DNA of 64,000 nucleotides from Candidatus Poribacteria bacterium (GTDB taxonomy: Bacteria; Poribacteria; WGA-4E; WGA-3G), in the NCBI GenBank assembly GCA_965215265.1, contig OZ244048.1:1952001-2016000 (forward strand), written 5' to 3'. This document shows positions 31,611 through 41,132 of the stretch, one piece after another (within the stretch, counting starts at the first letter, position 1; every line of letters starts with the position of its first letter). A program made the position numbers and the translations under genes. Below the pieces are notes generated by a model that saw only the letters and a list, made by a program, of their open reading frames with translations, made no database searches and was not told where the DNA came from.

Positions 31611-33845
31611 TTACAGCGCCCGAAAGACTAAAATTAACACAACAATACCAGCGAGGACAACGATTAGATAGGTTTGAATCGCCCCGGTCTGGATGCGTCG
31701 AATTCTGCCTCCGACTGCCCAGGTGACTTGTGCGATACGATTGACGATGCCATCAACGACGCGGTTGTCAAAAAAGCCGGTGAAGGCAGCGAGGATATCA
31801 CGCGTGACAAGCCCAACGCCGTTAACGATGCCATCAACAATACTTCCATCAAATTGTGCAAAGAGCCGTGACTTCCATACTGTCAGGGCGACGAGTACGC
31901 CGTCATAAAATTCGTCAAAGTAGTATTTATTCCAGAATAGGTTGTAGACGGGGCGGAAGGTGTTCGCCACCGTCTCAGCGGAAAGCCGTTGTTTCTGATA
32001 AAATAGCCACGACAGGAATATGCCTAACGCAGCAACACAGATAGAGAGTACCATCGCGATAGTGTGTGCAGGACTATGTCCGTGATGTGCGTTGTCTGCG
32101 TGTGTGTCATGCGCGCCTTCTTCCTCAGCTGCAACGGCTTCAGAGATACCGAAGAACGCGAATGTTCCTTTGGTATTATTTTCATGAGTCGGGATTCGGT
32201 GTAAGTGCGCATGAGCAGGCTGATGCAGATGCGGCTGCGGCGGTACTTTCACATAATCGGCGTTAAACCATAATGTATTGACAACAGGAAAACTGAGCAA
32301 CGCTAAGACGATAAGCGGTACGGTCATCGTCTTTGGGGATTCATGCGCCATATCGTGCATTTGTTGATTGCGTGGCTCCCCGAAAAATGTCATAAAGATC
32401 AGGCGAAACATATAGAAGGCAGTAATACCCGCTGCAAAAAGTGCGATACCGAATAGAATATAGTGATGGACAGAGTTCCATGCCATCGCGCGGTCCAGTA
32501 CCCCACCTAAGATTGCGTCCTTGCTCCAAAACCCGGAGAAGAGAAACGGCACCCCAGAGATAGACAGTGTAGCGATGAGCATTGTGACGAAAGTAATCGG
32601 CATTTTATGCCGAAGTCCCCCCATATTACGCATATCTTGATCTGGTGGGATGTCGGCACCGTGTTCATAGGCGAGTTCATGGTTGTTGTGCTCGTGCGTA
32701 TCCCGGTGTTCGTGTGCTGACTCGTTGTGTGCATGTTCATGTTCATGATTATGGTTGTGGGCGTGCATCGCGTGGAAGGCATGAATGACGCTACCGGAAC
32801 CGAGGAACAACAGTGCCTTGAAAAACGCGTGCGTTGTGAGGTGGAATAGCCCAGCTACATAACTTCCTACGCCAATTCCGAGCATCATGTACCCGAGTTG
32901 GCTAATAGTAGAATATGCCAAGACCCGCTTAATGTCAAAACGGACGATGGCGATAGTCGCTGCGATGAGTGCTGTAATGCCACCTATATAAGCAATCACA
33001 AGAGACGATGTTTCTGTTAAAATCGGGAACATCCGTGCGGTGAGGTATACCCCCGCTGCTACCATCGTTGCGGCATGAATGAGGGCACTTACCGGTGTGG
33101 GACCCTCCATTGCATCAGGGAGCCAGGTGTGCAGTGGTACCTGGGCAGATTTCCCGATTGCGCCACAAAAAATTAGCACGCCTGCGATTGAAAGCCACAC
33201 CATATCTGCAGTGGTTAGTTGAGTCGCCGCGAGTCCGAAAATCCCGTTATCGCCATGGAGTGCAAGCGTGTTGAATTTGGTAAACAGCATCATCATGCCG
33301 ATGAACATGCCGATGTCCCCTACGCGCGTAGTCAAGAACGCTTTTTTACATGCATTCGCTGCAGAGTCTTTCTCAAACCAGAAACCGATGAGCAGATATG
33401 AACAGAGCCCGACTAACTCCCAACCGATATAGATGCCGAGCAGGTTGTCAGAAACGACTAAAAAGAGCATCGAAAACGAGAAGAGAGAGAGATAAGCGAA
33501 AAATCGTGGGTATCTCGGATCACCGTGCATATAGCCCATTGAGAAAATATGCACGAGACTACTCACGAGCGTCACAACAATCAACATGATTGCCGTGACA
33601 CTGTCAAAATAGAATCCCATAGAAAAGTTAACCTGCCCGATGGAAATCCATTCGACGGTGTGCGCTTCAGGTTCCGGAATTACCTGTTGCCAAAGTAGTA
33701 GTGAACAGACAAGCGCGATGAGCATTGCTGCTGTAGAGATATAGTCTTGTCGAGGTACACGCCGTTTTGCGAGTGACATGAGTCCGAAGATAGCAAAAGC
33801 GGCGAGTGGACAGAGTAAGAGAATGCTAATTAGCGGGACAGTCAT
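31611..33845 (-). CDS. nuoL: NADH-quinone oxidoreductase subunit L with His-rich loops
   Basis: GKSAQVPLHTWLPDAMEGPTPVSALIHAATMV, HAFFKALLFL. Confidence 0.95.
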   Translation of the reverse strand: MTVPLISILLLCPLAAFAIFGLMSLAKRRVPRQDYISTAAMLIALVCSLLLWQQVIPEPEAHTVEWISIGQVNFSMGFYFDSVTAIMLIVVTLVSSLVHIFSMGYMHGDPRYPRFFAYLSLFSFSMLFLVVSDNLLGIYIGWELVGLCSYLLIGFWFEKDSAANACKKAFLTTRVGDIGMFIGMMMLFTKFNTLALHGDNGIFGLAATQLTTADMVWLSIAGVLIFCGAIGKSAQVPLHTWLPDAMEGPTPVSALIHAATMVAAGVYLTARMFPILTETSSLVIAYIGGITALIAATIAIVRFDIKRVLAYSTISQLGYMMLGIGVGSYVAGLFHLTTHAFFKALLFLGSGSVIHAFHAMHAHNHNHEHEHAHNESAHEHRDTHEHNNHELAYEHGADIPPDQDMRNMGGLRHKMPITFVTMLIATLSISGVPFLFSGFWSKDAILGGVLDRAMAWNSVHHYILFGIALFAAGITAFYMFRLIFMTFFGEPRNQQMHDMAHESPKTMTVPLIVLALLSFPVVNTLWFNADYVKVPPQPHLHQPAHAHLHRIPTHENNTKGTFAFFGISEAVAAEEEGAHDTHADNAHHGHSPAHTIAMVLSICVAALGIFLSWLFYQKQRLSAETVANTFRPVYNLFWNKYYFDEFYDGVLVALTVWKSRLFAQFDGSIVDGIVNGVGLVTRDILAAFTGFFDNRVVDGIVNRIAQVTWAVGGRIRRIQTGAIQTYLIVVLAGIVVLILVFRAL

Positions 33846-33861
33846 AACGTTCCTTTAACCT

Positions 33862-34170
33862 TTAACCTTTTAAGGTATCCACTTCATCAGGGCGAATGCT
33901 ACCGAATTCGCGATAGATAGCGAGAATAATCGCGAGGAAGACCGCGGCTTCTGCGGCGGCGAGAACAATACCGAAAATAGCGATTATCTGTCCATCAATG
34001 TTTTCAGGCGGCGTAGCAAAGCGCGAAAACGCAGCAAAGTTAAGATTACACGAATTGAGAATGAGCTCGATGCCCATCAAAATGCTGATGGCGTTCCGGC
34101 GCGTCAGCACAGCGAAAATGCCGAGCGTAAACAGAATCGCACTGATTACCAAATAGTGTTGTAGAGTCAT
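33862..34170 (-). CDS. nuoK: NADH-quinone oxidoreductase subunit K
   Basis: RRNAISILMGIELILN, AAAEAAV. Confidence 0.95.
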   Translation of the reverse strand: MTLQHYLVISAILFTLGIFAVLTRRNAISILMGIELILNSCNLNFAAFSRFATPPENIDGQIIAIFGIVLAAAEAAVFLAIILAIYREFGSIRPDEVDTLKG

Positions 34171-34231
34171 TTTTTTTTCGTATGGTTCCGTGTCTTTTTA
34201 CCGTGGCCTTTGCCTCTGTAGGGTTGCCGAA

Positions 34232-34753
34232 CTACTCGTCCCGCACCTCTTTTCTCGAAATCAGGGCTGCGCCAATTAAAGCCACTAACAGCAGTACTGA
34301 TACCACTTCAAAGGGGAGCAGGAACTGCCCATTCAAAATTGATTCACCGATGCGTTCGGTTGTCGGTTCAAGTTGGGTCCCGTCGTCAGCGAGGTTCTTC
34401 CATTGCGGGGTTTTGGCAATGATAGTCAGGAGCAGCATGAGCAGTGCTAAAGCGACGCCGGCCCCTAACCAGAGTTGTCCACGTTCAATGTGGATGCGCA
34501 TCTCTAAGCGGCCACTCGTCATCATCACCCCGAATAGGATAAGGACAAGAATGCCGCCGACGTAGACAATCACCTGCGTTGCCGCGAGGAAATCTGCTTG
34601 TAAAAAGACGTAAAGCCCGGCGACACCAAAAAGCGTCACCATCAACGAAAACGCTGCGTGGACGATGTTCCGCACCGTTACCACAACGAGTGCCGATGCA
34701 ATAGTTAACAGCGCGAAACCGTAAAAAATCAACGTTTTAAGTGTAAATTCCAT
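34232..34753 (-). CDS. nuoJ: NADH-quinone oxidoreductase subunit J
   Basis: QVIVYVGGILVL, LPFEVVSVLLLVALIGA. Confidence 0.95.
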   Translation of the reverse strand: MEFTLKTLIFYGFALLTIASALVVVTVRNIVHAAFSLMVTLFGVAGLYVFLQADFLAATQVIVYVGGILVLILFGVMMTSGRLEMRIHIERGQLWLGAGVALALLMLLLTIIAKTPQWKNLADDGTQLEPTTERIGESILNGQFLLPFEVVSVLLLVALIGAALISRKEVRDE

Positions 34754-34895
34754 CTATCAAACTAACCTTTTGTCATTCTAATCCTTGGATGACAGAAAAC
34801 AAATTTTCGGTATAACCGGCCGGAGTGTTTCTGGCGAGAGGGCACTTAGGACTTCACCGCCAATTCGTCTAATCGCTTTAAGCACCAAATTTCCT

Positions 34896-35612
34896 CTAAC
34901 CTGCTGCTGCTGTGTCTGCTCCATTGTCCTTATCGTACATCTCTTGCTTGGCAAACTGAAAGATTAAATCTGACCGGTCAAATTTAGAGTACTCAATACC
35001 TTCGAGAGAATCCTTCATGGTGAGGCACTCTGTCGGGCAAACCTCTGTGCAGAGGCCACAATACATGCAGAGGGACATGTCGATATCAAACTGATCGAGG
35101 TAGAAAACGACAGGATTCCTTCTGACAAGCCGTGTGACTTCTTCGCTTGGAACCGTCTGTGTACGGTTATCATCCGGCGATGTCTCAAACCGGTCTGCCA
35201 CAATTTGCAATCCGTGGCGAGAGGTGACGTTTGTCACCGTTAAAGGCTGCCCCGGGATGACTTTTTCATCTCCTTCAACAATCCCGATGATTTCACGTCC
35301 GTCCTTTAGGTGCACGACGTTCAGACTATCCCACAAGCGCTGACCTTTGGGGAGTTTGGTGCCGGTAATGGTAATGCAATCGACGGGACAGATCATCTCG
35401 CATTTTTTACAGCCGATGCAATCTTCTATTCTATTGTAGAGCTGCCCGCGGTATCCTTTAGGAATTTCTCGGACGTTCTGCTTTTTTTCATAGTCGTGTT
35501 CGTACGGGTATTGATGCGTGACGTTCGGTTCAAAGAATTGCCGGATTGTCACCCGCATCCCGACGAGCACCGTCCAAACGCCTCTGTAGATGTTGCGTAA
35601 ATATTTATCCAT
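34896..35612 (-). CDS. nuoI: NADH-quinone oxidoreductase subunit I with an internal insertion
   Basis: CIGCKKCEMICP and CMYCGLCTEVCP 2x[4Fe-4S] motifs; lies between nuoH and nuoJ. Confidence 0.9.
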   Translation of the reverse strand: MDKYLRNIYRGVWTVLVGMRVTIRQFFEPNVTHQYPYEHDYEKKQNVREIPKGYRGQLYNRIEDCIGCKKCEMICPVDCITITGTKLPKGQRLWDSLNVVHLKDGREIIGIVEGDEKVIPGQPLTVTNVTSRHGLQIVADRFETSPDDNRTQTVPSEEVTRLVRRNPVVFYLDQFDIDMSLCMYCGLCTEVCPTECLTMKDSLEGIEYSKFDRSDLIFQFAKQEMYDKDNGADTAAAG

Positions 35613-35629
35613 GTCGTATTTTCCTCCTT

Positions 35630-36877
35630 TTAAACGGGACTCGTTTGCGGTTTCGGTGCGAGAATTTTCCCTATAATTACGTACGCTTGGACGAGCCCAA
35701 CTGCTATAATCGCGATACTGATGCCGGTGCTGAGTGGTGTATCCTTTTCAAAGATGAGTCCCCAGATGCCGGTGCCTAAGATGTTAAAGAAAGCGAGGGG
35801 GATGAAGTATTTCCAACACAGATTCATCAGTTGATCTACGCGGAGGCGCGGGAGTGTCCATCGCAGCCACATCATGAGGAAGACTAGCCCTAACGTTTTG
35901 ATGACAAAGCCGGGCAATCCGCCAAGCAGATTGAATCCGCTGCCAAGCAGGGCGAATTCTGGCAAGACACCTTCCCAACCACCGAGGAAGAGGGTTACAG
36001 CGATTGCACTCACGGCGAACATGTTGGCGTATTCAGCGATGAAGAAAAGCGCAAATCGCATGCCGCTGTATTCGGTGTGAAACCCGGCGACGATTTCGGA
36101 TTCCGCTTCCGGTAAATCAAAAGGGGTTCGGTTGACTTCAGCGATCGAGGAAATAAAGAAGATAAAGAATGCGATAAACGTGAAAGGTGTACGGAAGATG
36201 AGCCAATCCGAGATGCCCCCGGATTGGTTTGCTACAATTTCCTGCATATTCAAACTTTCAACGAGCATGACGACGGTAAGGATAGAGAGTCCGAGTGGAA
36301 TTTCATAACTGACGATTTGCGCTGCCGAACGTAAAGAACCTAAAAGCGACCATTTGCTGTTAGAAGACCAGCCTGCCATGATAACGCCCATAACAATCAC
36401 GGAGGATATCGCCATGATATAGAAGATACCGATATTAAATTCGCTGACGAGGATGTTTTCTCCAAACGGAATCGCTGCAAAAACTGCAAAGGAACAGGCG
36501 AAAATGATATAAGGTGCAAGCAGAAAGAGGAGTTTATCGCCTTGGGGCGGAATATAATCCTCTTTGAAGAGGAGTTTCACGCCATCTGCCAACGTTTGGA
36601 GGAGCCCCCAGGGTCCGACTCGCATCGGTCCGGTTCTGTTCTGAAATCGAGCAGCGACTTTCCGCTCTGCAAGGACTAAAACCAGTGGCAGCAGCGGCAC
36701 AATCGCGACGAAAATACCGGCACACCCAAACATAACGAGTACTGAACCGAGTTCCCCAGAAAAAAGTTCGGCGGCCCCCGGCAGTAAGGGAACTATGACA
36801 TTCTGGATAAACCTTTCCGCCCAGTTTCCACTGGTGGGTTCCTGTACAAAGAAACTATTGGGGAAAATATCTGGCAT
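35630..36877 (-). CDS. nuoH: NADH-quinone oxidoreductase subunit H
   Basis: ERKVAARFQNRTGP, NRTPFDLPEAESE, RWTLPRLRVDQLM. Confidence 0.95.
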   Translation of the reverse strand: MPDIFPNSFFVQEPTSGNWAERFIQNVIVPLLPGAAELFSGELGSVLVMFGCAGIFVAIVPLLPLVLVLAERKVAARFQNRTGPMRVGPWGLLQTLADGVKLLFKEDYIPPQGDKLLFLLAPYIIFACSFAVFAAIPFGENILVSEFNIGIFYIMAISSVIVMGVIMAGWSSNSKWSLLGSLRSAAQIVSYEIPLGLSILTVVMLVESLNMQEIVANQSGGISDWLIFRTPFTFIAFFIFFISSIAEVNRTPFDLPEAESEIVAGFHTEYSGMRFALFFIAEYANMFAVSAIAVTLFLGGWEGVLPEFALLGSGFNLLGGLPGFVIKTLGLVFLMMWLRWTLPRLRVDQLMNLCWKYFIPLAFFNILGTGIWGLIFEKDTPLSTGISIAIIAVGLVQAYVIIGKILAPKPQTSPV

Positions 36878-36946
36878 CTAATCTCCTTATCATTTTGTCT
36901 ACATTCATGAGACCTGTCAAGGCAGTAACAAGCGAGCTCTACTAAC

Positions 36947-38152
36947 TTACCGGTCAACTTCTCCCATTACAATATCAATACTGCCAATAATTGCAATAAT
37001 GTCTGCCACCATAAGCCCGTGGCTCAGTTCTCGTAGTGCACTCAAAGCACTGAAGCAGGGCGAACGTCCTTTGACGCGGACCGGCTTGGGGGTTCCATCA
37101 CTAATAATATAGAAGCCGAGTTCTCCACGTGGTGCTTCACTACGGAAATAGATTTCGCCTTTCGGCGGCCGTACAGCCTTTAAATTTGCCATGACTGGGC
37201 CGTCAGGGAGTCCTTCTGCCAAAATCTGCCGGACAATCCGTACCGACTCTTTCATCTCGTCCATCCGGATCTTGTAACGGCTCCAACAATCCCCTACCGT
37301 AGCCCCCAATTCCGGGATATCCTTTGCGACCGGGACATCAAATTCAAACCGGTCGTAGATGGAGTAAGGTTCATCTCGCCGTAAGTCCCAATCAACGCCT
37401 GAGCCACGAAGATTCGGTCCGGTTGCCCCGTAGCTGAGTGCCATTTCAGCAGACATAACAGCTACGCCTGTTGTACGTTGACTGAAGATGCTATTTTTGG
37501 TTAGGAGCTCGTTGTACTCGTCAATCATCGGTTCGAAATAGTCAAGAAAACGTTCGATCTCGTCTAAAAAGTTCTGTTCGAAGAGTGAGCCGGGTTCCAT
37601 GGGAATGATTTCGGAGACACCGCCGATCCGGATGTAGTTATAGGTGAGGCGTGCGCCGCACACTTTTTCAAAAAGGAGAAGCAACCGTTCCCTGTCACGG
37701 AAGGCGTAGAGAAAGGGGGTAAAAGCGCCAATATCCATGCCGTATGTCCCGAATGAAAGGAGGTGACTGGCGATGCGATTCAACTCACAGATCAGTACCC
37801 GGAGGTATTCTGCGCGCTCCGGTATTCTGAAATTCTTGCTGGAGTCTGCTTGCAACAGTTTCTCGACAGCGAGGCAGAACCCCCAATTCTGGTTCATCGC
37901 CGCGACGTAATCCATCCGGTCAGTGAAAGGAATAATTTGTGGGTAGGAGAGGTTCTCCGAATGTTTCTCAAAACAGCGGTGGAGGTATCCGATGTGCGGA
38001 ATGGCCTCACGCACCACTTCGCCTTCCAATTTCAACTCAAGGCGCAAAACACCGTGCGTGCTTGGGTGCTGAGGGCCCATGTTCACCACCATCTCATCGG
38101 CGAACGGTTTGAGTTCAATAATCTTGCTTTCTGTTCCGTTTGTGGTTTCCAT
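36947..38152 (-). CDS. nuoD: NADH-quinone oxidoreductase subunit D
   Basis: NMGPQHPSTHGVLRL, GYLHR, DIVMGEVDR. Confidence 0.95.
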   Translation of the reverse strand: METTNGTESKIIELKPFADEMVVNMGPQHPSTHGVLRLELKLEGEVVREAIPHIGYLHRCFEKHSENLSYPQIIPFTDRMDYVAAMNQNWGFCLAVEKLLQADSSKNFRIPERAEYLRVLICELNRIASHLLSFGTYGMDIGAFTPFLYAFRDRERLLLLFEKVCGARLTYNYIRIGGVSEIIPMEPGSLFEQNFLDEIERFLDYFEPMIDEYNELLTKNSIFSQRTTGVAVMSAEMALSYGATGPNLRGSGVDWDLRRDEPYSIYDRFEFDVPVAKDIPELGATVGDCWSRYKIRMDEMKESVRIVRQILAEGLPDGPVMANLKAVRPPKGEIYFRSEAPRGELGFYIISDGTPKPVRVKGRSPCFSALSALRELSHGLMVADIIAIIGSIDIVMGEVDR

Positions 38153-38208
38153 AGTATCGCGCTGAGTACTCGTTCCTAATTATTAACGCGGGTATATCTG
38201 ATATAATT

Positions 38209-38237
38209 ATGATACCATTTTTGCAAGCAGATGTCAA
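38209..38237 (-). promoter_or_regulatory. nuoD-N operon promoter
   Basis: TTGACA-N17-TATCAT with TG extension. Confidence 0.75.
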
Positions 38238-38362
38238 ATTTTAAGCACTTTTCCTCGGTAAACGGCGTGAAAACAGTATGTCTTTTAAGATAGGTACATA
38301 GGTCCGAATAACAAAACCAGGACAGCAGAGCGGATAGCTCGATTTCCTCATATCAAAAAATA

Positions 38363-38605
38363 CTACATTAACGCGTCTTCGACAACTTCAGGGAGCTCCA
38401 CGGTACTCGGGTCGACATCAATAGGGTATTCAGTCCCATAAGCCTCAACGAGTTCATCAAAAGTGACGTTATCTACGCGCTCCAGATCGTCACCGGGGTA
38501 GACAAGCCAGGCACCATAACAGCCATCACAACTGACAAGGTCGGCGTTGTCTTGTTAGATCGGGAACTGCGTGAGCGGGTTATTGCAATCTGGACAAGGT
38601 AACAT
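38363..38605 (-). pseudogene. acidic zinc-ribbon protein (81 codons) interrupted by in-frame TAA at 38555-38557
   Basis: AAGGAG SD; MLPCPDCNNPLTQFPI*QDNADLVSCDGCYGAWLV...EVVEDALM; both CxxC pairs in one frame across the stop. Confidence 0.7.
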
Positions 38606-38622
38606 TATAGATTCTCCTTTAG

Positions 38623-39810
38623 TTAACCAGCAGCCGGTGCGAAGGTTTCAGGATTCTCAGCGGCTGCATCGTAATCGTCAATCAATTTCGTAATGCTCGG
38701 ATTTTCGCCACAGAGTGGGCAATTTTTGTCGCGCTGAGTTTGCACCTCACGGTACGTCATACTGAGAGCTTCGTACAGTATCAATCTACCGATGAGCGGT
38801 TCGCCGATGCCGATAATATACTTAATGGCTTCGGTTGCCATCATGACACCAATTACGCCTGGGAGCACGCCCAGTACACCTGCTTCACTTCAGCTAGGTA
38901 CCATACCCGGCGGTGGCGGGGTGGGGAACATGCACCGGTAGCAGGGCCCCTCGTGCGGTTTAAAGAGAGAGACTTGCCCCTCAAATTGGAAGATACTGCC
39001 GTGGACGATGGGCTTATTCATCAATACCGCTGCGTCGTTGACGAGATAGCGCGTAGCGAAATTATCACAGCCGTCAACAATTAGGTCGTACTCTGCAAAA
39101 ATCTCCTCTACGTTATCTGCTGTTAGCCGGAGGTTATACGGTTTAATGTCTACATCCGGGTTGAGGGATTTGATAGTGGTTGTTGCGGACTGTACCTTCG
39201 GTGTCCCGACTGCCTCGGTGCGGTGGAGGATCTGGCGTTGCAGGTTACTCAGCTCGACAACATCAGAGTCAATGACACCGAGGTGCCCCACGCCCGCTGC
39301 CCCAAGGTAAACACCGGCTGGCGAACCTAAGCCGCCTGCACCCACGAGCAACACTTTGGCATCAAGTAGTTTGGATTGCCCTCTTTCGCCGACTTCAGTC
39401 AACATAAAGTGCCGGCTGTACCGGTCGAGTTGTTCGTTACTCATCGGTTTGTCTTGTGCTGTTGGGTACCCGGCGGCCATCCAGTCTCTATAGCCACCTG
39501 CCATTGAGACGGTGTCGGTATATCCCATTTCACGCAGTGCCTTTGCGGCAAGAAGAGAGCGCAGGCCTGCGGCGCAATAGACAACGACTTTCTGCTCCCG
39601 GTCTGGAATATAGTTCTCAACAGAAAATTCGAGCATGCCGCGGGTGACGTGGACGGCCTCAGGGATATATCCGGCACGATATTCATCTTCATCACGGACA
39701 TCCAGCAGCACGAAATCGCCACCGGCATCCTGATCCGATTTCACGTCAGCGACGGACACTTCTGGGATTTCTGTTTTTGCCTCTTCAACGATTTGCCTAT
39801 AGGACTTCAT
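38623..39810 (-). CDS. moeB: rhodanese-MoeB/ThiF fusion (MoeZ-like), probable selenoprotein with UGA at 38890-38892
   Basis: YCAAGLRS rhodanese loop; RYSRH, GAGGLG, SNLQRQ, CYRC, CPLC; PPPGMVPS-TGA-SEAGVLGVLPGVIG continues in frame. Confidence 0.85.
38859..38874 (-). promoter_or_regulatory. candidate bacterial SECIS hairpin
   Basis: CTGGG-CGTGCT-CCCAG starting 16 nt after the UGA, with G at loop position 2. Confidence 0.55.
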
Positions 39811-39930
39811 AATATCTTCTCCAAAGTGTCAGGGTTATCACAATTTTTCGTCGATGGGAGTGCTCAGGACTATCTAGCATGAACGTTCTGGTTCATATCT
39901 CGTTCAATTTCTTTTTGCATTTCCTTTAAA

Positions 39931-39959
39931 ATTATATCACAAGTTGGTGTTATTGTCAA
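39931..39959 (-). promoter_or_regulatory. consensus sigma70 promoter for moeB
   Basis: TTGACA-N17-TATAAT. Confidence 0.85.
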
Positions 39960-40228
39960 CCGTTTTTTTTTAGGCGCGGTTTGCAGGTTTACCTAATTAT
40001 GGTGAAAGAGATAATGATTCGGACACTTCTTACCGCTTTGTTGACAAGTTGATGAAATAACTCTGAATGTGTTGACAATGTGTTTGTGAATGTGGTAAAC
40101 TTTGATTAAGATAGGCTTGCAGGTTATGCCTAAAGCGGGTAAAAGTTGTACTGCCATTCATGACAAGCATAGCAACCGTCGCCTCGCAAATCATGTGAAA
40201 AAATCCTCAAGAAATAAGGAACTTAGCA

Positions 40229-41104
40229 ATGTTAACTATAAATCCTTTTCACCAATCAGGTCAGTGGTATCGTGGGAACACGCATGCACATAGCACGGAG
40301 TCGGATGGCAAACTTTCTGTCGCGGATCGGTTTGCGGCGTATCGTGATGAGGGGTACGATTTCCTAGTGCTGACAGATCACCGGAAGGTGAACGATGTCC
40401 ATAGGTACAGTACCTCGGATTTTTTGGCAATATCAGGCAGCGAAGTGCATCCGTCAAATCCGTATGGTGGTGCGACGTACCACATTGTGGCGATTAATAT
40501 CCATGAGCCCGTCAATTGTGGGAAGATGCACCCGAACGCCGTGCTTGACGATATTAAGGGACAAGGCGGCGAAGCCGTATTATGCCATCCGTACTGGTGT
40601 GGGCATACAATTACAGATTATCTACCTTTGCAAGGCTATTTCGCTGTTGAGGTTTACAACGATACATGTATGGGGATTGGAAAGGGCTTCTCTGAGCAAG
40701 CGTGGGATGACCTTTTAGATAGAGGAGGTCCGGTGTTCGGTATCGCTTCTGACGATGCACACGGTGTAGAACATGACTGCTTCCACGGTTGGATTATGGT
40801 GAAAGCGAGGTCCCTTACGCTTGAGAGTATTATGGCAGCGTTGCGTTCGGGTGCTTTTTATTCGACGCTGGGTCCAGAAATCAAGGATATAAGCGTTGCT
40901 GGAAATGAGGTAAATGTTAAATGCTCTCCTGCGCAATCAATTGTTTTCAAGGCGGAGTGCAGCCGGGGCAGGCGCATTCTCGCTCCCGAAGGGGAGCTGT
41001 TGACAGGAGCCGCTTATCAGGTTCCTGAAAACACAAAATACGTTCGCATTGAAGTGACGGATGAGGCCGGTAAAAAGGCGTGGTCGAATCCGTTCTTTTT
41101 TTAA
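40229..41104 (+). CDS. PHP-domain (CehA/McbA-like) metallohydrolase
   Basis: GNTHAHSTESDG, LTDH, CHP, SDDAH, AWSNP. Confidence 0.85.
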   Translation: MLTINPFHQSGQWYRGNTHAHSTESDGKLSVADRFAAYRDEGYDFLVLTDHRKVNDVHRYSTSDFLAISGSEVHPSNPYGGATYHIVAINIHEPVNCGKMHPNAVLDDIKGQGGEAVLCHPYWCGHTITDYLPLQGYFAVEVYNDTCMGIGKGFSEQAWDDLLDRGGPVFGIASDDAHGVEHDCFHGWIMVKARSLTLESIMAALRSGAFYSTLGPEIKDISVAGNEVNVKCSPAQSIVFKAECSRGRRILAPEGELLTGAAYQVPENTKYVRIEVTDEAGKKAWSNPFFF

Positions 41105-41132
41105 GATATTCAGTGGATGCCCGACGGAAAAG

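Noticed and set aside
38623-38868. Separate 81-aa gene from the ORF track
   Set aside because: It is the in-frame C-terminal part of MoeB beyond the UGA
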